This document shows positions 50,339 to 59,927 of a DNA stretch of 64,000 nt, in pieces (position 1 is the stretch's first letter; every line of letters starts with the position of its first letter). Origin of the DNA: an uncultured Mycoplasmatota bacterium (GTDB taxonomy: Bacteria > Bacillota_I > Bacilli_A > RF39 > UBA660); NCBI GenBank assembly GCA_900551525.1, contig URWD01000001.1:5164-69163 (forward strand). Direction: 5' to 3'. A program made the translations under genes and the position numbers. The notes under the pieces are model-generated. The model was not told where the DNA came from. It was given only the letters and a program-made list of their open reading frames with translations, and searched no databases.

Positions 50339-53176
50339 ATGTACATACCACTTAAAGTAACAACTGATTATACATTATTAAAAAGTTTAATTAAAGTTCC
50401 AAATTTAATTAGTTTTTTAAGTGAAAAGAATATTGATGTATGTGGAATATGTGATGAAAATTTATATGGCGTTCTTGAGTTTTATTATGCTTGTAAGAAA
50501 AATAATATAAAACCAATTGTAGGTTTAGATGTAATAATAGATGATTTAAATATATATTTGTATGCTATGAATTTTGATGGTTATAAAAATTTACTTAAGA
50601 TTCATACTTTAAAAGAAAAAAATGAACTTATATTAGATGATTTAAGTGTATATAAAGATAGTATTTTGTGTATAGTGCCTTTTAAAAGTAAAGAGTTATT
50701 TGATAAATTAAAGTTTTTTAATAACCTTTATATAAGTTACAATAACTCTTTAGAAAGATTAAATGCTTTAACAATAACAAGTAATGTATTATATATAAAT
50801 GATTTAAAAGCTTTAAAGAAAGATGATGTTTTATTTTTTGCATATCTTGATAAATTAAGAAAAGAAGAAGTAGGGATGTATGAACAAAATTATTATTTTG
50901 TGCCTGAAATAGATTTGGGTAAGATAGATGAAGTAGTTAGTTTATTAAATTTGGAATTAAAGTTTAATAAAAAGTATATTCCTAAATATAAGGATGATAT
51001 TGACTCTTCTTCATTTTTACATGATTTATGTTTTAAAGGTCTAACTAAAAGATTAAATGGTAAAGTACCTGATATATATTTAAAAAGATTAAATTATGAA
51101 CTAAAAATAATTAATGAAATGGGATTTGTAGATTATTTTTTAATTGTTTATGATTATGTTTTATATGCTAAAAGGCATGATATTTTAGTGGGACCAGGTC
51201 GGGGATCTGCGGCTGGGTCTTTGGTTAGTTATTCTATTGGTATAACTGAAATTGATCCTTTGAAGTATAATTTATTGTTTGAAAGATTTTTAAATCCCGA
51301 AAGAGTTACAATGCCTGATATCGATGTGGATTTTGATGCTTTAAAAAGAGAAGAAATAATTGAGTATGTCAGAAATAGATATGGTGATAAAAATGTAGCT
51401 TTAGGTCTTACTTTTACAACTTTAAAAAGTAAGTTAGTTCTTAGAGAAATTGGTAAATTATTAAAAATTAATGATACACTTCTTGATAATTTTATTAAAT
51501 GTATAAATGGTAATATTTGTTTAAAAGATAATTTAACAAATGAAAATATTAAAAAGTATTTAAATAATTATAATGAACTTAAGAAGCTTTATAATATATC
51601 AATGCATTTAGAAGGTTTAAAGAAAAATACTTCAACTCATGCTGCAGGTGTAGTAATATCAAGCATTAATTTAGATGAAATAATACCTATTCATTATGAA
51701 AATAATACTTTAATTACTGGTGTAACAATGGATTATCTAGAAAGCATTGGACTCTTAAAAATGGACTTTTTAGCTCTTAAAAATTTAACTACCATAAAAA
51801 ATATATTAGATGAAGTAGGCAAAGAAGCTTTAAAAAATATCGATTTAAATGATAAAGCAGTACTAAATTTATTTTGCACTGGAAAAACTGAAGGAATATT
51901 TCAATTTGAAACAAGTCTTATGAGAAATTTAATTAGAAAACTAAAACCTAGTTCTTTTAATGACTTAGTAGCATCACTTGCTTTAGGAAGACCTGGTGCT
52001 TTAGAAGAAGCTGATGAATATATTGCCAGAAAAAATGGTAAGAAAGAAATTACATATATTCATAAAGATTTAGAACCAATATTAAAAGATACTTATGGAA
52101 TAATTTTATATCAAGAACAGATTATTGCTATTCTAGGTAAAATTGGTGGTTATTCTCTTGCAGAAGCTGACATAATAAGAAGAGCTATTTCTAAGAAAAA
52201 AGAAAGTGTTATTAATGCAGAAAAAGAAAAATTTATAAATGGTGCAATAGGTAAAGGCTATGATAGAAGTGTTGCAACTTTAATTTATGATTTGATAGTT
52301 AAATTTGCAAGTTATGGTTTTAATAAAGCTCATTCAGTTGCTTATGCTCGTATAAGTTATGATATGGCATATTTAAAAGTAAAATATCCAGAATACTTTA
52401 TTATAGAAATGATTAATAATAAAGATAATGAAAAGTTTGCTAAATTAGTTTTGTTTTTAAAAAATAAAGGTATAAAACTTGAAAAACCAGATGTGAATTT
52501 AAGTCATAATAAGTTTTATATAAGTGGAAAAGAGTTAATAATGCCACTTTGGCAAATTAAAGGTATTCCAGAAAACTTGAGTGAGAAAATAATAGAAAAT
52601 AGAAAAGATGGATACACTGATTTTTTTGACTTTGTTTGTAAGAATAAGAAAATCCTTAATGAAAATATTTTAAATACTTTAATTAATGCAGAAGCTCTTA
52701 GAAGTTTTAATTTAAATGAAAGAACTTTAGTGGAAAATATTGCCGTAGCCCTTAATTTTGCAGAAATAGATGATGAACTAATTAAGAAACCTGTTATAAT
52801 TGAATTAGATGATTATAGTGATGAAGTAAAAAGAAATAATGAACTAGAAAGCTTTGGCTATTTTATAACAAATCATCCTGCAAGTAAGTATCAAAATGTG
52901 ATGAAACTTGAAATGCTAGAAAAATATTTATTTAAAAATATTAAGTGTGTTGTTTTAGTAAATAGGATAAGTAATATTAAAACTAAGAAAAATGAAAATA
53001 TGGCATTTATTAGTGCCAGTGATGAAACAGGAACATGTGATTTTACTATTTTTCCTAAGAATATGAATTTAATAAATGATTTAAAAATAGGGGATTTAGT
53101 AGAGATTAATGGAAATGTTTCAAAAAGATTTGACAAAGTAAGTATAATCGTTAATAATATAAAGAAGGTGGTTTAA
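50339..53176 (+). CDS. dnaE: DNA polymerase III alpha subunit, DnaE type (short form, 945 aa)
   Basis: The N-terminal PHP domain, polymerase core with PDIDVDF and FNKAHSVAYA, then an OB-fold. It lacks a long C-terminal extension. Confidence 0.85.
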   Translation: MYIPLKVTTDYTLLKSLIKVPNLISFLSEKNIDVCGICDENLYGVLEFYYACKKNNIKPIVGLDVIIDDLNIYLYAMNFDGYKNLLKIHTLKEKNELILDDLSVYKDSILCIVPFKSKELFDKLKFFNNLYISYNNSLERLNALTITSNVLYINDLKALKKDDVLFFAYLDKLRKEEVGMYEQNYYFVPEIDLGKIDEVVSLLNLELKFNKKYIPKYKDDIDSSSFLHDLCFKGLTKRLNGKVPDIYLKRLNYELKIINEMGFVDYFLIVYDYVLYAKRHDILVGPGRGSAAGSLVSYSIGITEIDPLKYNLLFERFLNPERVTMPDIDVDFDALKREEIIEYVRNRYGDKNVALGLTFTTLKSKLVLREIGKLLKINDTLLDNFIKCINGNICLKDNLTNENIKKYLNNYNELKKLYNISMHLEGLKKNTSTHAAGVVISSINLDEIIPIHYENNTLITGVTMDYLESIGLLKMDFLALKNLTTIKNILDEVGKEALKNIDLNDKAVLNLFCTGKTEGIFQFETSLMRNLIRKLKPSSFNDLVASLALGRPGALEEADEYIARKNGKKEITYIHKDLEPILKDTYGIILYQEQIIAILGKIGGYSLAEADIIRRAISKKKESVINAEKEKFINGAIGKGYDRSVATLIYDLIVKFASYGFNKAHSVAYARISYDMAYLKVKYPEYFIIEMINNKDNEKFAKLVLFLKNKGIKLEKPDVNLSHNKFYISGKELIMPLWQIKGIPENLSEKIIENRKDGYTDFFDFVCKNKKILNENILNTLINAEALRSFNLNERTLVENIAVALNFAEIDDELIKKPVIIELDDYSDEVKRNNELESFGYFITNHPASKYQNVMKLEMLEKYLFKNIKCVVLVNRISNIKTKKNENMAFISASDETGTCDFTIFPKNMNLINDLKIGDLVEINGNVSKRFDKVSIIVNNIKKVV

Positions 53177-53177
53177 A

Positions 53178-56100
53178 ATGAATGAAGAACTAAATAGATT
53201 TTTTAAAAGTATTTCTTTTGTTGATGAATTATTTAATGAAGCAAGTTTAGATAGAGTAGTTTTAAAGAAAAATGAAAATAAATTTTATGTATATATTAAA
53301 AATACAAATGTCTTACCAATAAATAATATAAATAGATTGTTTTTAAGTGCTTTAAGTGGTATTAATGGTGAGAAACCTTGTGAAATTATTATGAATTATG
53401 ATAATGTTACACATGAAGATATAGTAAGTTATATAGATTATTTAATTGATGATATTATTTTAAAAAGACCATCTTTAATAAGTGTAAAAAAAAGTAATAT
53501 TGAAGTAGTAAATGATACAATTTATTTCCATGTTTTAAATGATTTTGAGAAAAGTGATTTAATCCATGAAGGAACAGATTTATTAAATAATTTAAAAAGA
53601 TATGGTCTTGGAGATTATAAACTTGAAGTAATTATTAGTGAAGATGAAAGAAAGAATCTTCAAGAAGAAATAGAACTTGAAAAACAAAGTGTAGTATCTA
53701 AAAAAGAAGAAAGCCCAGTTATACTTGGTGTACATAAAGATGGAGAAGTTACTAAATTAAATAATATTCTTGGTGAAATGAAAAATATCATAATTGAAGT
53801 TTATATTTTTGCTAAAGAAGTAGCAGAAAGACAAGGAAAAAAAGGACCAATCTTTATTATGAATTTGAAAGTATCAGATAAAACTGATAGTTATCCGATG
53901 AAAATTGTAAGATTTAATGAAGAAGAATTTGGTATTTTAAATAAAAAACTTAATGTTGGTTCATGGTATAGAATTCATGGACATATGGAAATGGATGAAT
54001 ATTTACATCAAATGGTAATTAATGCTCGAAATATTGAGATTATTCCATCAAAAGATTTAACTGTTAAAGATGAAGAAGAAGAAAAGAGAGTTGAACTTCA
54101 TGCACATACAATGATGAGTATGATGGATGGAGTAGTTCCAACTGCAACACTTGCTAAATTTGCTATGAAACTAGGCCATAAAGCTGTTGCTGTAACTGAT
54201 CATAATTCACTTCAGGCTTATCCAGATATTTATAATGCTTTGGCTAAAGTTAATAAGGGAAAAGAAGATAAAGATAAGTTTAAAGCATTATATGGAGCAG
54301 AACTTAATATTGTTGATGTTGAATCAAATATTGTTTTTAAAAATAAAGAATATTCATTATTTGATCAAGAATATGTTGTATATGATACTGAAACTACTGG
54401 GCTTAATAGTGGTATTGATCAAATGATAGAAATCGGGGCAGTTAAAGTTAAAAATAATGAGATAATTGATAGATTTGATGAACTTATTGCGTGTCCTACA
54501 CCTCTTCCAAAGATTATAACAGAACTAACTAATATTACTGATGAAATGTTAGTAGGTAAAGATAGTGAAGAAAATGTAACAAGAAGATTCTTAGAGTTCT
54601 GTGGAGATAGGCCATTAGTTGCTCATAATGCTCAATTTGATATTTCCTTTGTTACAAGTGCATGTAAAAAATATAATTTAGGTGAGTTTAATAATACTGT
54701 TGTAGATACAATGGGACTTGCAAGAAATATGTATCCTGATTGGAGAAATCATAAGCTTTCAACACTTGTTAAAAACTTAGAAGTTGAATGGGATGAAGAT
54801 AAACACCATAGAGCTGATTATGACTGTGAAGGAACAAGTAAATGTTTTTATAAAATGTTATATGAATTAAAAAGTCAAAATATTAAAACTACTTTAGATT
54901 TAGAAACTTTAGCAGACCAAGAAAATGCTATTAAATTTGCAAGACCTTTCCATTTAACTGTAATTGCTAAAAATCCAGTGGGTCTTAAAAATTTATTTAA
55001 AATTATTTCACTTGCTAATACTAAATATTTATATAAAGGAAAAGATGCTAAATTACCTAGAACCGATTTAATTAATTTGCGAGATGGCTTAATTGTTGGG
55101 AGTGGTTGTGTTAATGGTGAAGTCTTTGATAAAGGTTATGGCATGAGTGATGACGACTTAAAAGATTTAATGAATTTTTATGATTATATTGAGGTTCAAC
55201 CAGCATCCGCTTGTTCACATTTAATTGGTGAAGATAAAAAATTTCATAATACTCTTGAATATAATGGTTATATTACAAGACTTGTAAAACTTGCTAAATC
55301 GATGGGAAAACTTGTTTGTGCAACTGGTGATGTTCATAATTTAAGGCCTGAAGATTTAATATATCGTAAAGTTATTGTTCATCAAAAAACAAATGGTAAA
55401 ATACATCCTCTTAATAGACCTGATATAGAGCTACCTAATATGTTCTTTATGACAACTAGAGAAATGCTGGATGCGTTTTCCTTCTTAGGTGATGATTTAG
55501 CTAAAGAAATAGTTGTAACAAATACTAACAAAATAGCTGATATGGTAGAACACTTGCAAATAATTAGAGATAAATTATATACTCCGGTTTTGGAAAATAG
55601 TGCCGAAGTAACTAAAGAAATGGTTTATAATAAAGCTCATGAAATATATGGTGATCCACTTCCGAAAAATATTGAAGAAAGGCTTGAAGCAGAACTTGCT
55701 GGTATCATTGGTGGGGGATATGACGTTATTTATCTTATCGCGGAAAAACTAGTTAAAAAATCAAACGAAGATGGTTACTTTGTAGGTTCCCGTGGTTCTG
55801 TTGGTTCAAGTTTAGTTGCCACGATGATGGGAATAACAGAAGTTAATGGTCTTCCTCCACATTATGTTTGTCCAAAATGCAAAAAATCTTATTTTGAAGA
55901 TGAAAATGGAGAAAGTCTAGCTAGTCTTTATCCATCTGGCTATGATATGCCTGATAGAACTTGTGAATGTGGAAGCAAACTCAAAAAAGAAGGTCAAGAT
56001 ATGCCATTTGCAACATTCCTTGGATTTAAAGCGGAAAAGGTACCAGATATCGACCTTAACTTCTCTGGTGATAATCAAGCTGATGCTCATAACCATGTAA

Positions 56101-57488
56101 AGGTACTATTCGGTGAAGATCATGCTTATCGTGCAGGAACTATTTCAACTGTTGCGGAAAAAACTGCTTTTGGTTATGTAAAAGCATATTGTGAAGATAA
56201 GGGAATTATTCTAAATAATACAGAAATAGAACGTATTTCTATTGGATGTACTGGTGTTAAAAGAACAACTGGACAACATCCTGGTGGTATTATTGTTATT
56301 CCTCAATATATGGACGTATTTGATTTTACTCCATATCAATATCCAGCTGATGAACCAGATAGTACTTGGTACACAACTCACTTTGATTTCCATGCTATTC
56401 ATGATAATGTTTTAAAACTAGATATTCTTGGACACGATGATCCAACAATGCTAAGATATTTAGGAGATACAACAGGTATAAATATTAAAGAAGAAATACC
56501 ATTTGATGATAAGAATATAATTAGTTTATTTACATCTCCGAAAGCTTTAGGTGTTACGGAAGAACAAATTTTATGTAAAACAGGAACTTTAGGTATTCCT
56601 GAATTTGGTACAAACTTTGCTATAAACATGCTTCTTGAAATTAAACCTACACATTTTGCAGACTTAGTTAAGATCGCCGGTTTATCTCACGGGACTAATG
56701 TATGGCAAGGAAACGTTCGTGATTTAATTGTAAATAACGTAGCTTCATTTAATGAAGTTGTTGGTTGTCGTGATGATATAATGGTTAGTTTAATAAACTA
56801 TGGTCTAGATCCATCTAGAGCCTTCAAAATATCTGAGTTTGTTCGTAAGGGAAAAGCTAAAAAAGAACCAGATACTTGGCTTGAACATGTAGCATACATG
56901 AGAGAGTTTAGTGTTCCTGAGTGGTTTATTGAGTGTTGTAGAAAGATAGAATACATGTTTCCAAAGGCTCATGCATGTGCTTATGTTATGATGGCATATC
57001 GTGTTGCATGGTTTAAAGTCTATTATCCTCTTTATTATTATTCAGCATTCTTTAGTATAAGAAGAAGTGATTTTGATGTAAATGCTATGCTTAAAGGCTA
57101 CGATGGTATTAAAAGAAGACTTATTGAAATTAAAGAAAAAGGCTTTGGAGCATCCGCTAAAGAATCTGCAGTAGGTGATACTCTAGCAGTTGCACTTGAA
57201 ATGTTAGCTCGTGGTTTTACCTTTAAAAATATTGATATAACTAAGTCACTTGCTAAAACATTTTATATTGATGAAGAAAATAAATGCTTATATTTACCAT
57301 TTATGGCTGTTGATGGTCTTGGTGAAAATGTTGCAAATAAAATTGTGGAAGAAAGAAATAAGAAACCATTCTACTGTGTTGAAGATTTTCAAATGCGTGG
57401 AAAGGTGAATCAAACAACAGTTAATGCTCTTCGTGAACTTGGTGTTTTTGAAGGAATGCCTGAATCTGCTCAACTTAGTTTATTTTAA
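53178..57488 (+). CDS. polC: DNA polymerase III PolC-type (Gram-positive replicative polymerase)
   Basis: 1436 aa. DnaQ-like exonuclease (YVVYDTETTGL, HNAQFDISF, HRADYD). PHP domain with Zn finger CPKC..CECG. Pol III alpha core. Confidence 0.95.
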   Translation: MNEELNRFFKSISFVDELFNEASLDRVVLKKNENKFYVYIKNTNVLPINNINRLFLSALSGINGEKPCEIIMNYDNVTHEDIVSYIDYLIDDIILKRPSLISVKKSNIEVVNDTIYFHVLNDFEKSDLIHEGTDLLNNLKRYGLGDYKLEVIISEDERKNLQEEIELEKQSVVSKKEESPVILGVHKDGEVTKLNNILGEMKNIIIEVYIFAKEVAERQGKKGPIFIMNLKVSDKTDSYPMKIVRFNEEEFGILNKKLNVGSWYRIHGHMEMDEYLHQMVINARNIEIIPSKDLTVKDEEEEKRVELHAHTMMSMMDGVVPTATLAKFAMKLGHKAVAVTDHNSLQAYPDIYNALAKVNKGKEDKDKFKALYGAELNIVDVESNIVFKNKEYSLFDQEYVVYDTETTGLNSGIDQMIEIGAVKVKNNEIIDRFDELIACPTPLPKIITELTNITDEMLVGKDSEENVTRRFLEFCGDRPLVAHNAQFDISFVTSACKKYNLGEFNNTVVDTMGLARNMYPDWRNHKLSTLVKNLEVEWDEDKHHRADYDCEGTSKCFYKMLYELKSQNIKTTLDLETLADQENAIKFARPFHLTVIAKNPVGLKNLFKIISLANTKYLYKGKDAKLPRTDLINLRDGLIVGSGCVNGEVFDKGYGMSDDDLKDLMNFYDYIEVQPASACSHLIGEDKKFHNTLEYNGYITRLVKLAKSMGKLVCATGDVHNLRPEDLIYRKVIVHQKTNGKIHPLNRPDIELPNMFFMTTREMLDAFSFLGDDLAKEIVVTNTNKIADMVEHLQIIRDKLYTPVLENSAEVTKEMVYNKAHEIYGDPLPKNIEERLEAELAGIIGGGYDVIYLIAEKLVKKSNEDGYFVGSRGSVGSSLVATMMGITEVNGLPPHYVCPKCKKSYFEDENGESLASLYPSGYDMPDRTCECGSKLKKEGQDMPFATFLGFKAEKVPDIDLNFSGDNQADAHNHVKVLFGEDHAYRAGTISTVAEKTAFGYVKAYCEDKGIILNNTEIERISIGCTGVKRTTGQHPGGIIVIPQYMDVFDFTPYQYPADEPDSTWYTTHFDFHAIHDNVLKLDILGHDDPTMLRYLGDTTGINIKEEIPFDDKNIISLFTSPKALGVTEEQILCKTGTLGIPEFGTNFAINMLLEIKPTHFADLVKIAGLSHGTNVWQGNVRDLIVNNVASFNEVVGCRDDIMVSLINYGLDPSRAFKISEFVRKGKAKKEPDTWLEHVAYMREFSVPEWFIECCRKIEYMFPKAHACAYVMMAYRVAWFKVYYPLYYYSAFFSIRRSDFDVNAMLKGYDGIKRRLIEIKEKGFGASAKESAVGDTLAVALEMLARGFTFKNIDITKSLAKTFYIDEENKCLYLPFMAVDGLGENVANKIVEERNKKPFYCVEDFQMRGKVNQTTVNALRELGVFEGMPESAQLSLF

Positions 57489-57530
57489 AAAAAACAAACT
57501 AGTCTTTGATGACTGGCTTGTTTTTTATTT
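57489..57530. terminator. Bidirectional terminator between polC (+) and tmcAL (-)
   Basis: aacaaactagtc-tttgat-gactggcttgtt followed by T6. Confidence 0.6.
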
Positions 57531-58593
57531 CAAATTCATAAGTATTGGTATTATTAATTAAATCATAAATTAAACTAGCTTTTAATTCATAATCATAAAC
57601 TTTAGTGTTTTTGTAATTGGTTATGCAATTTATTTTTTGTAAGTAATTTCTACCTATGTTATCAAAACCTATTATTCTAAGATAGTTATTATCTATATAC
57701 TTATCTCTTTTTTTAAGCCCAATTAATATATGAATAAACATTCTATTTAATTTGTTATATGTATATCTTTTAGTTTTAACTTTTTCTATAAATTCATCTA
57801 TATTATTAGAAATAATTATATTCTTTTTAAGTCTATATTCTATTCCTTCATCTACATCTAAATAATTATTTAAATTATCATCAGTTATAATCTTACTTTT
57901 TAATAAATTAAAATACATATCTTTATTAATTTTAATTAAATCATCTATTACTTCATTAGGTAAATATTTGCTTATATTTTCATTTAATTTTAGTTTATTT
58001 CTAATATTTGAGGCACTTATTATTTCTTCGTTACTATGTAAATCATGATAATCATTTGTTCTTTTGATGCATTCTTGCTTTATATTAAATTTATTTTCTT
58101 TTATTGCTTTTATATAAGAAATACCAAGTAGATCATTTGGTTTATATTCAAAATCAATTTTTGTTGCTTTAGCAAGTGCAGTAGGATAATTAATACCTTC
58201 ATCTAAATATGCTTTTACTAGTTTTCCAAATTCAGGTTCTAATTGTGTGTCAGCAAGTTTTTCTAAAAGAAGAATATCTGCACATTCACTACCAAATATA
58301 ATTTTATTTACATTTAATTTATTAAGTAATTTAATGCTCATATTTGCAAATGTATCCGCGGATTGTGTTCCATATATAAATGGTAGTTCTAAAACTATAT
58401 TAACTCCGTAGTTTAAAGCTATTTTTGCTTTATTTTCTTTTGTTAAGAGAGATATTTCTCCGCGTTCTAAAAAATATCCATTTAATACTAATATTAATAT
58501 TGAATCAGGATACATTTCTTTTATTTTATTTATGTGATAAATATGACCATTATGAAAAGGATTATATTCTGCGATTATACCTATTATTTCCAC
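57499..58593 (-). CDS. tmcAL: tRNA(Met) cytidine acetate ligase (YlbM/UPF0348 nucleotidyltransferase family)
   Basis: N-terminal IIAEYNPFHNGHIYHI (HxGH-like), and length and architecture matching the YlbM family. Confidence 0.75.
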   Translation of the reverse strand: MEIIGIIAEYNPFHNGHIYHINKIKEMYPDSILILVLNGYFLERGEISLLTKENKAKIALNYGVNIVLELPFIYGTQSADTFANMSIKLLNKLNVNKIIFGSECADILLLEKLADTQLEPEFGKLVKAYLDEGINYPTALAKATKIDFEYKPNDLLGISYIKAIKENKFNIKQECIKRTNDYHDLHSNEEIISASNIRNKLKLNENISKYLPNEVIDDLIKINKDMYFNLLKSKIITDDNLNNYLDVDEGIEYRLKKNIIISNNIDEFIEKVKTKRYTYNKLNRMFIHILIGLKKRDKYIDNNYLRIIGFDNIGRNYLQKINCITNYKNTKVYDYELKASLIYDLINNTNTYEFEIKNKPVIKD

Positions 58594-58772
58594 TATTTAA
58601 ACACCTCTTGTTTCATATAATATCAAAACTTTAATGCTTTTTCAATAATATATTATTTTTAATATTTAAATGTTATATACTTAATGTGTATTAATTAACT
58701 TGCCAAGTGTTAATACCATAAATCTTTAGTCGACAATTTATATTTTTGAGGCAAGCATAATATATCTATTCG

Positions 58773-58802
58773 GGCATTTCCTACGGGAATGCTCTTTTTT
58801 TA
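58773..58802 (+). terminator. Orphan hairpin with T-run: gcatttcc-tacg-ggaatgc followed by T9
   Basis: Seen in sequence. There is no upstream plus-strand CDS, so it may end a short untranslated transcript or act as an attenuator for the ORF6N region. Confidence 0.35.
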
Positions 58803-58819
58803 AAAATAGAAAAATTTGC

Positions 58820-58836
58820 GGTCCCAATTTGGGACC
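58820..58836. repeat. Palindrome ggtccc-aattt-gggacc (copy 1)
   Basis: Perfect 6-bp arms. A second extended copy lies at 58902-58926. Confidence 0.7.
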
Positions 58837-58877
58837 ACAAAAAGACAAAAAATAATTTTGAAAAGGAGGATGAAATA

Positions 58878-58940
58878 ATGAAAAATAATGATGCGAACGT
58901 TCTAAGGTCCCAAATTGGGACCTTAGAATTAAAAAAATAA
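58878..58940 (+). CDS. Possible 20-aa leader/regulatory peptide MKNNDANVLRSQIGTLELKK
   Basis: Strong RBS aaaggagga. The ORF contains the second ggtccc-aaatt-gggacc palindrome. Lies immediately upstream of the ORF6N gene. Confidence 0.25.
   Translation: MKNNDANVLRSQIGTLELKK
58902..58926. repeat. Palindrome ctaaggtccc-aaatt-gggaccttag (copy 2, 10-bp arms)
   Basis: A perfect inverted repeat sharing the ggtccc..gggacc core with copy 1. Confidence 0.7.
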
Positions 58941-58951
58941 AGGAGGTAAAA

Positions 58952-59803
58952 ATGAATAATTTAATAGTTAATAATAATGAAAGAATAGAAAGCTTGATCT
59001 ATAACATAAGAGATAAACAAGTAATGTTAGATAGTGATTTAGCTAGACTTTATGGGGTAGAAACCAAAAGAATAAATGAAGCAGTTAAAAATAATGTTGA
59101 AAAATTTCCAGAAAGGTTTTCTTGGATTTTAAATGATCTTGATGCTTTAAACTTGAGGTCGAAAATTTCGACCTCAAGTCATGGAGGAAGAAGATATAAC
59201 CCACGAGTATTTACTGAACAAGGTGTTGCTATGCTTGCAACAATACTAAAATCCCAAACAGCAACAAAAGTAAGTATTGCAATAATGGATGCTTTTGTTC
59301 TTATGAGAAGATATATTTCCACAAATCTAGTTGAACAAAAATACATAAATAATCAAGTTCTTAAAAATACGGAAGATATAAAAATACTAAAAGAAACTTT
59401 TGATGAATTTAAACCTAAAATTAATTCATTATTTTATGAAGGACAAATTTACGATGCATATTCTCTTTTATTAGAAATTTTAAATAAATCTAAAGATAGC
59501 ATAATTATCATTGATAATTATGCAGGTAAAGAACTTTTAGATATTCTTAAAAATATAAATAAGAATATTATAATTGTTTCAAAAAATATAGATGAGATAA
59601 CTAAAATTAAATATTTAAAACAATATAATAATATAACGTTTATTAATGATGATACATTTCATGATAGGTTTATTATAATAGATAAAGAAATATTATATAC
59701 TTCTGGTGCATCTTTTAAAGATTTAGGTAAAAAATGCTTTTGTATAAGTAAAATAGAAGATAAAGAAATATTAAATAATATACTTGCAAAAATAAAAATA
59801 TAA
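58952..59803 (+). CDS. ORF6N (KilA-N-related) domain DNA-binding protein, phage antirepressor-like
   Basis: IRDKQVMLDSDLARLYGVETKRINEAVKNNVEKFPERF...SSHGGRRYNPRVFTEQGVAMLATILKS matches the ORF6N domain consensus. Confidence 0.8.
   Translation: MNNLIVNNNERIESLIYNIRDKQVMLDSDLARLYGVETKRINEAVKNNVEKFPERFSWILNDLDALNLRSKISTSSHGGRRYNPRVFTEQGVAMLATILKSQTATKVSIAIMDAFVLMRRYISTNLVEQKYINNQVLKNTEDIKILKETFDEFKPKINSLFYEGQIYDAYSLLLEILNKSKDSIIIIDNYAGKELLDILKNINKNIIIVSKNIDEITKIKYLKQYNNITFINDDTFHDRFIIIDKEILYTSGASFKDLGKKCFCISKIEDKEILNNILAKIKI
59152..59178. repeat. 27-bp palindrome cttgaggtcgaaa-a-tttcgacctcaag inside the ORF6N CDS (encodes LRSKISTS)
   Basis: Perfect 13-bp arms. A near-identical copy lies just after the stop (59805-59831). 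Confidence 0.7.
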
Positions 59804-59804
59804 A

Positions 59805-59831
59805 CTTGAGGTCGAAATTTTCGACCTCAAG
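59805..59831. repeat. 27-bp palindrome cttgaggtcgaaa-t-tttcgacctcaag, 2 nt after the ORF6N stop (probable terminator hairpin)
   Basis: Identical arms to the internal copy. Confidence 0.7.
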
Positions 59832-59927
59832 TTACATTTTCTAAACATAAAATTATAAAATTTATTACTTTAATATTTTCTTTTTATAAAATTTATGATA
59901 AACTATTAATAGTAGGGTGATTGACTT

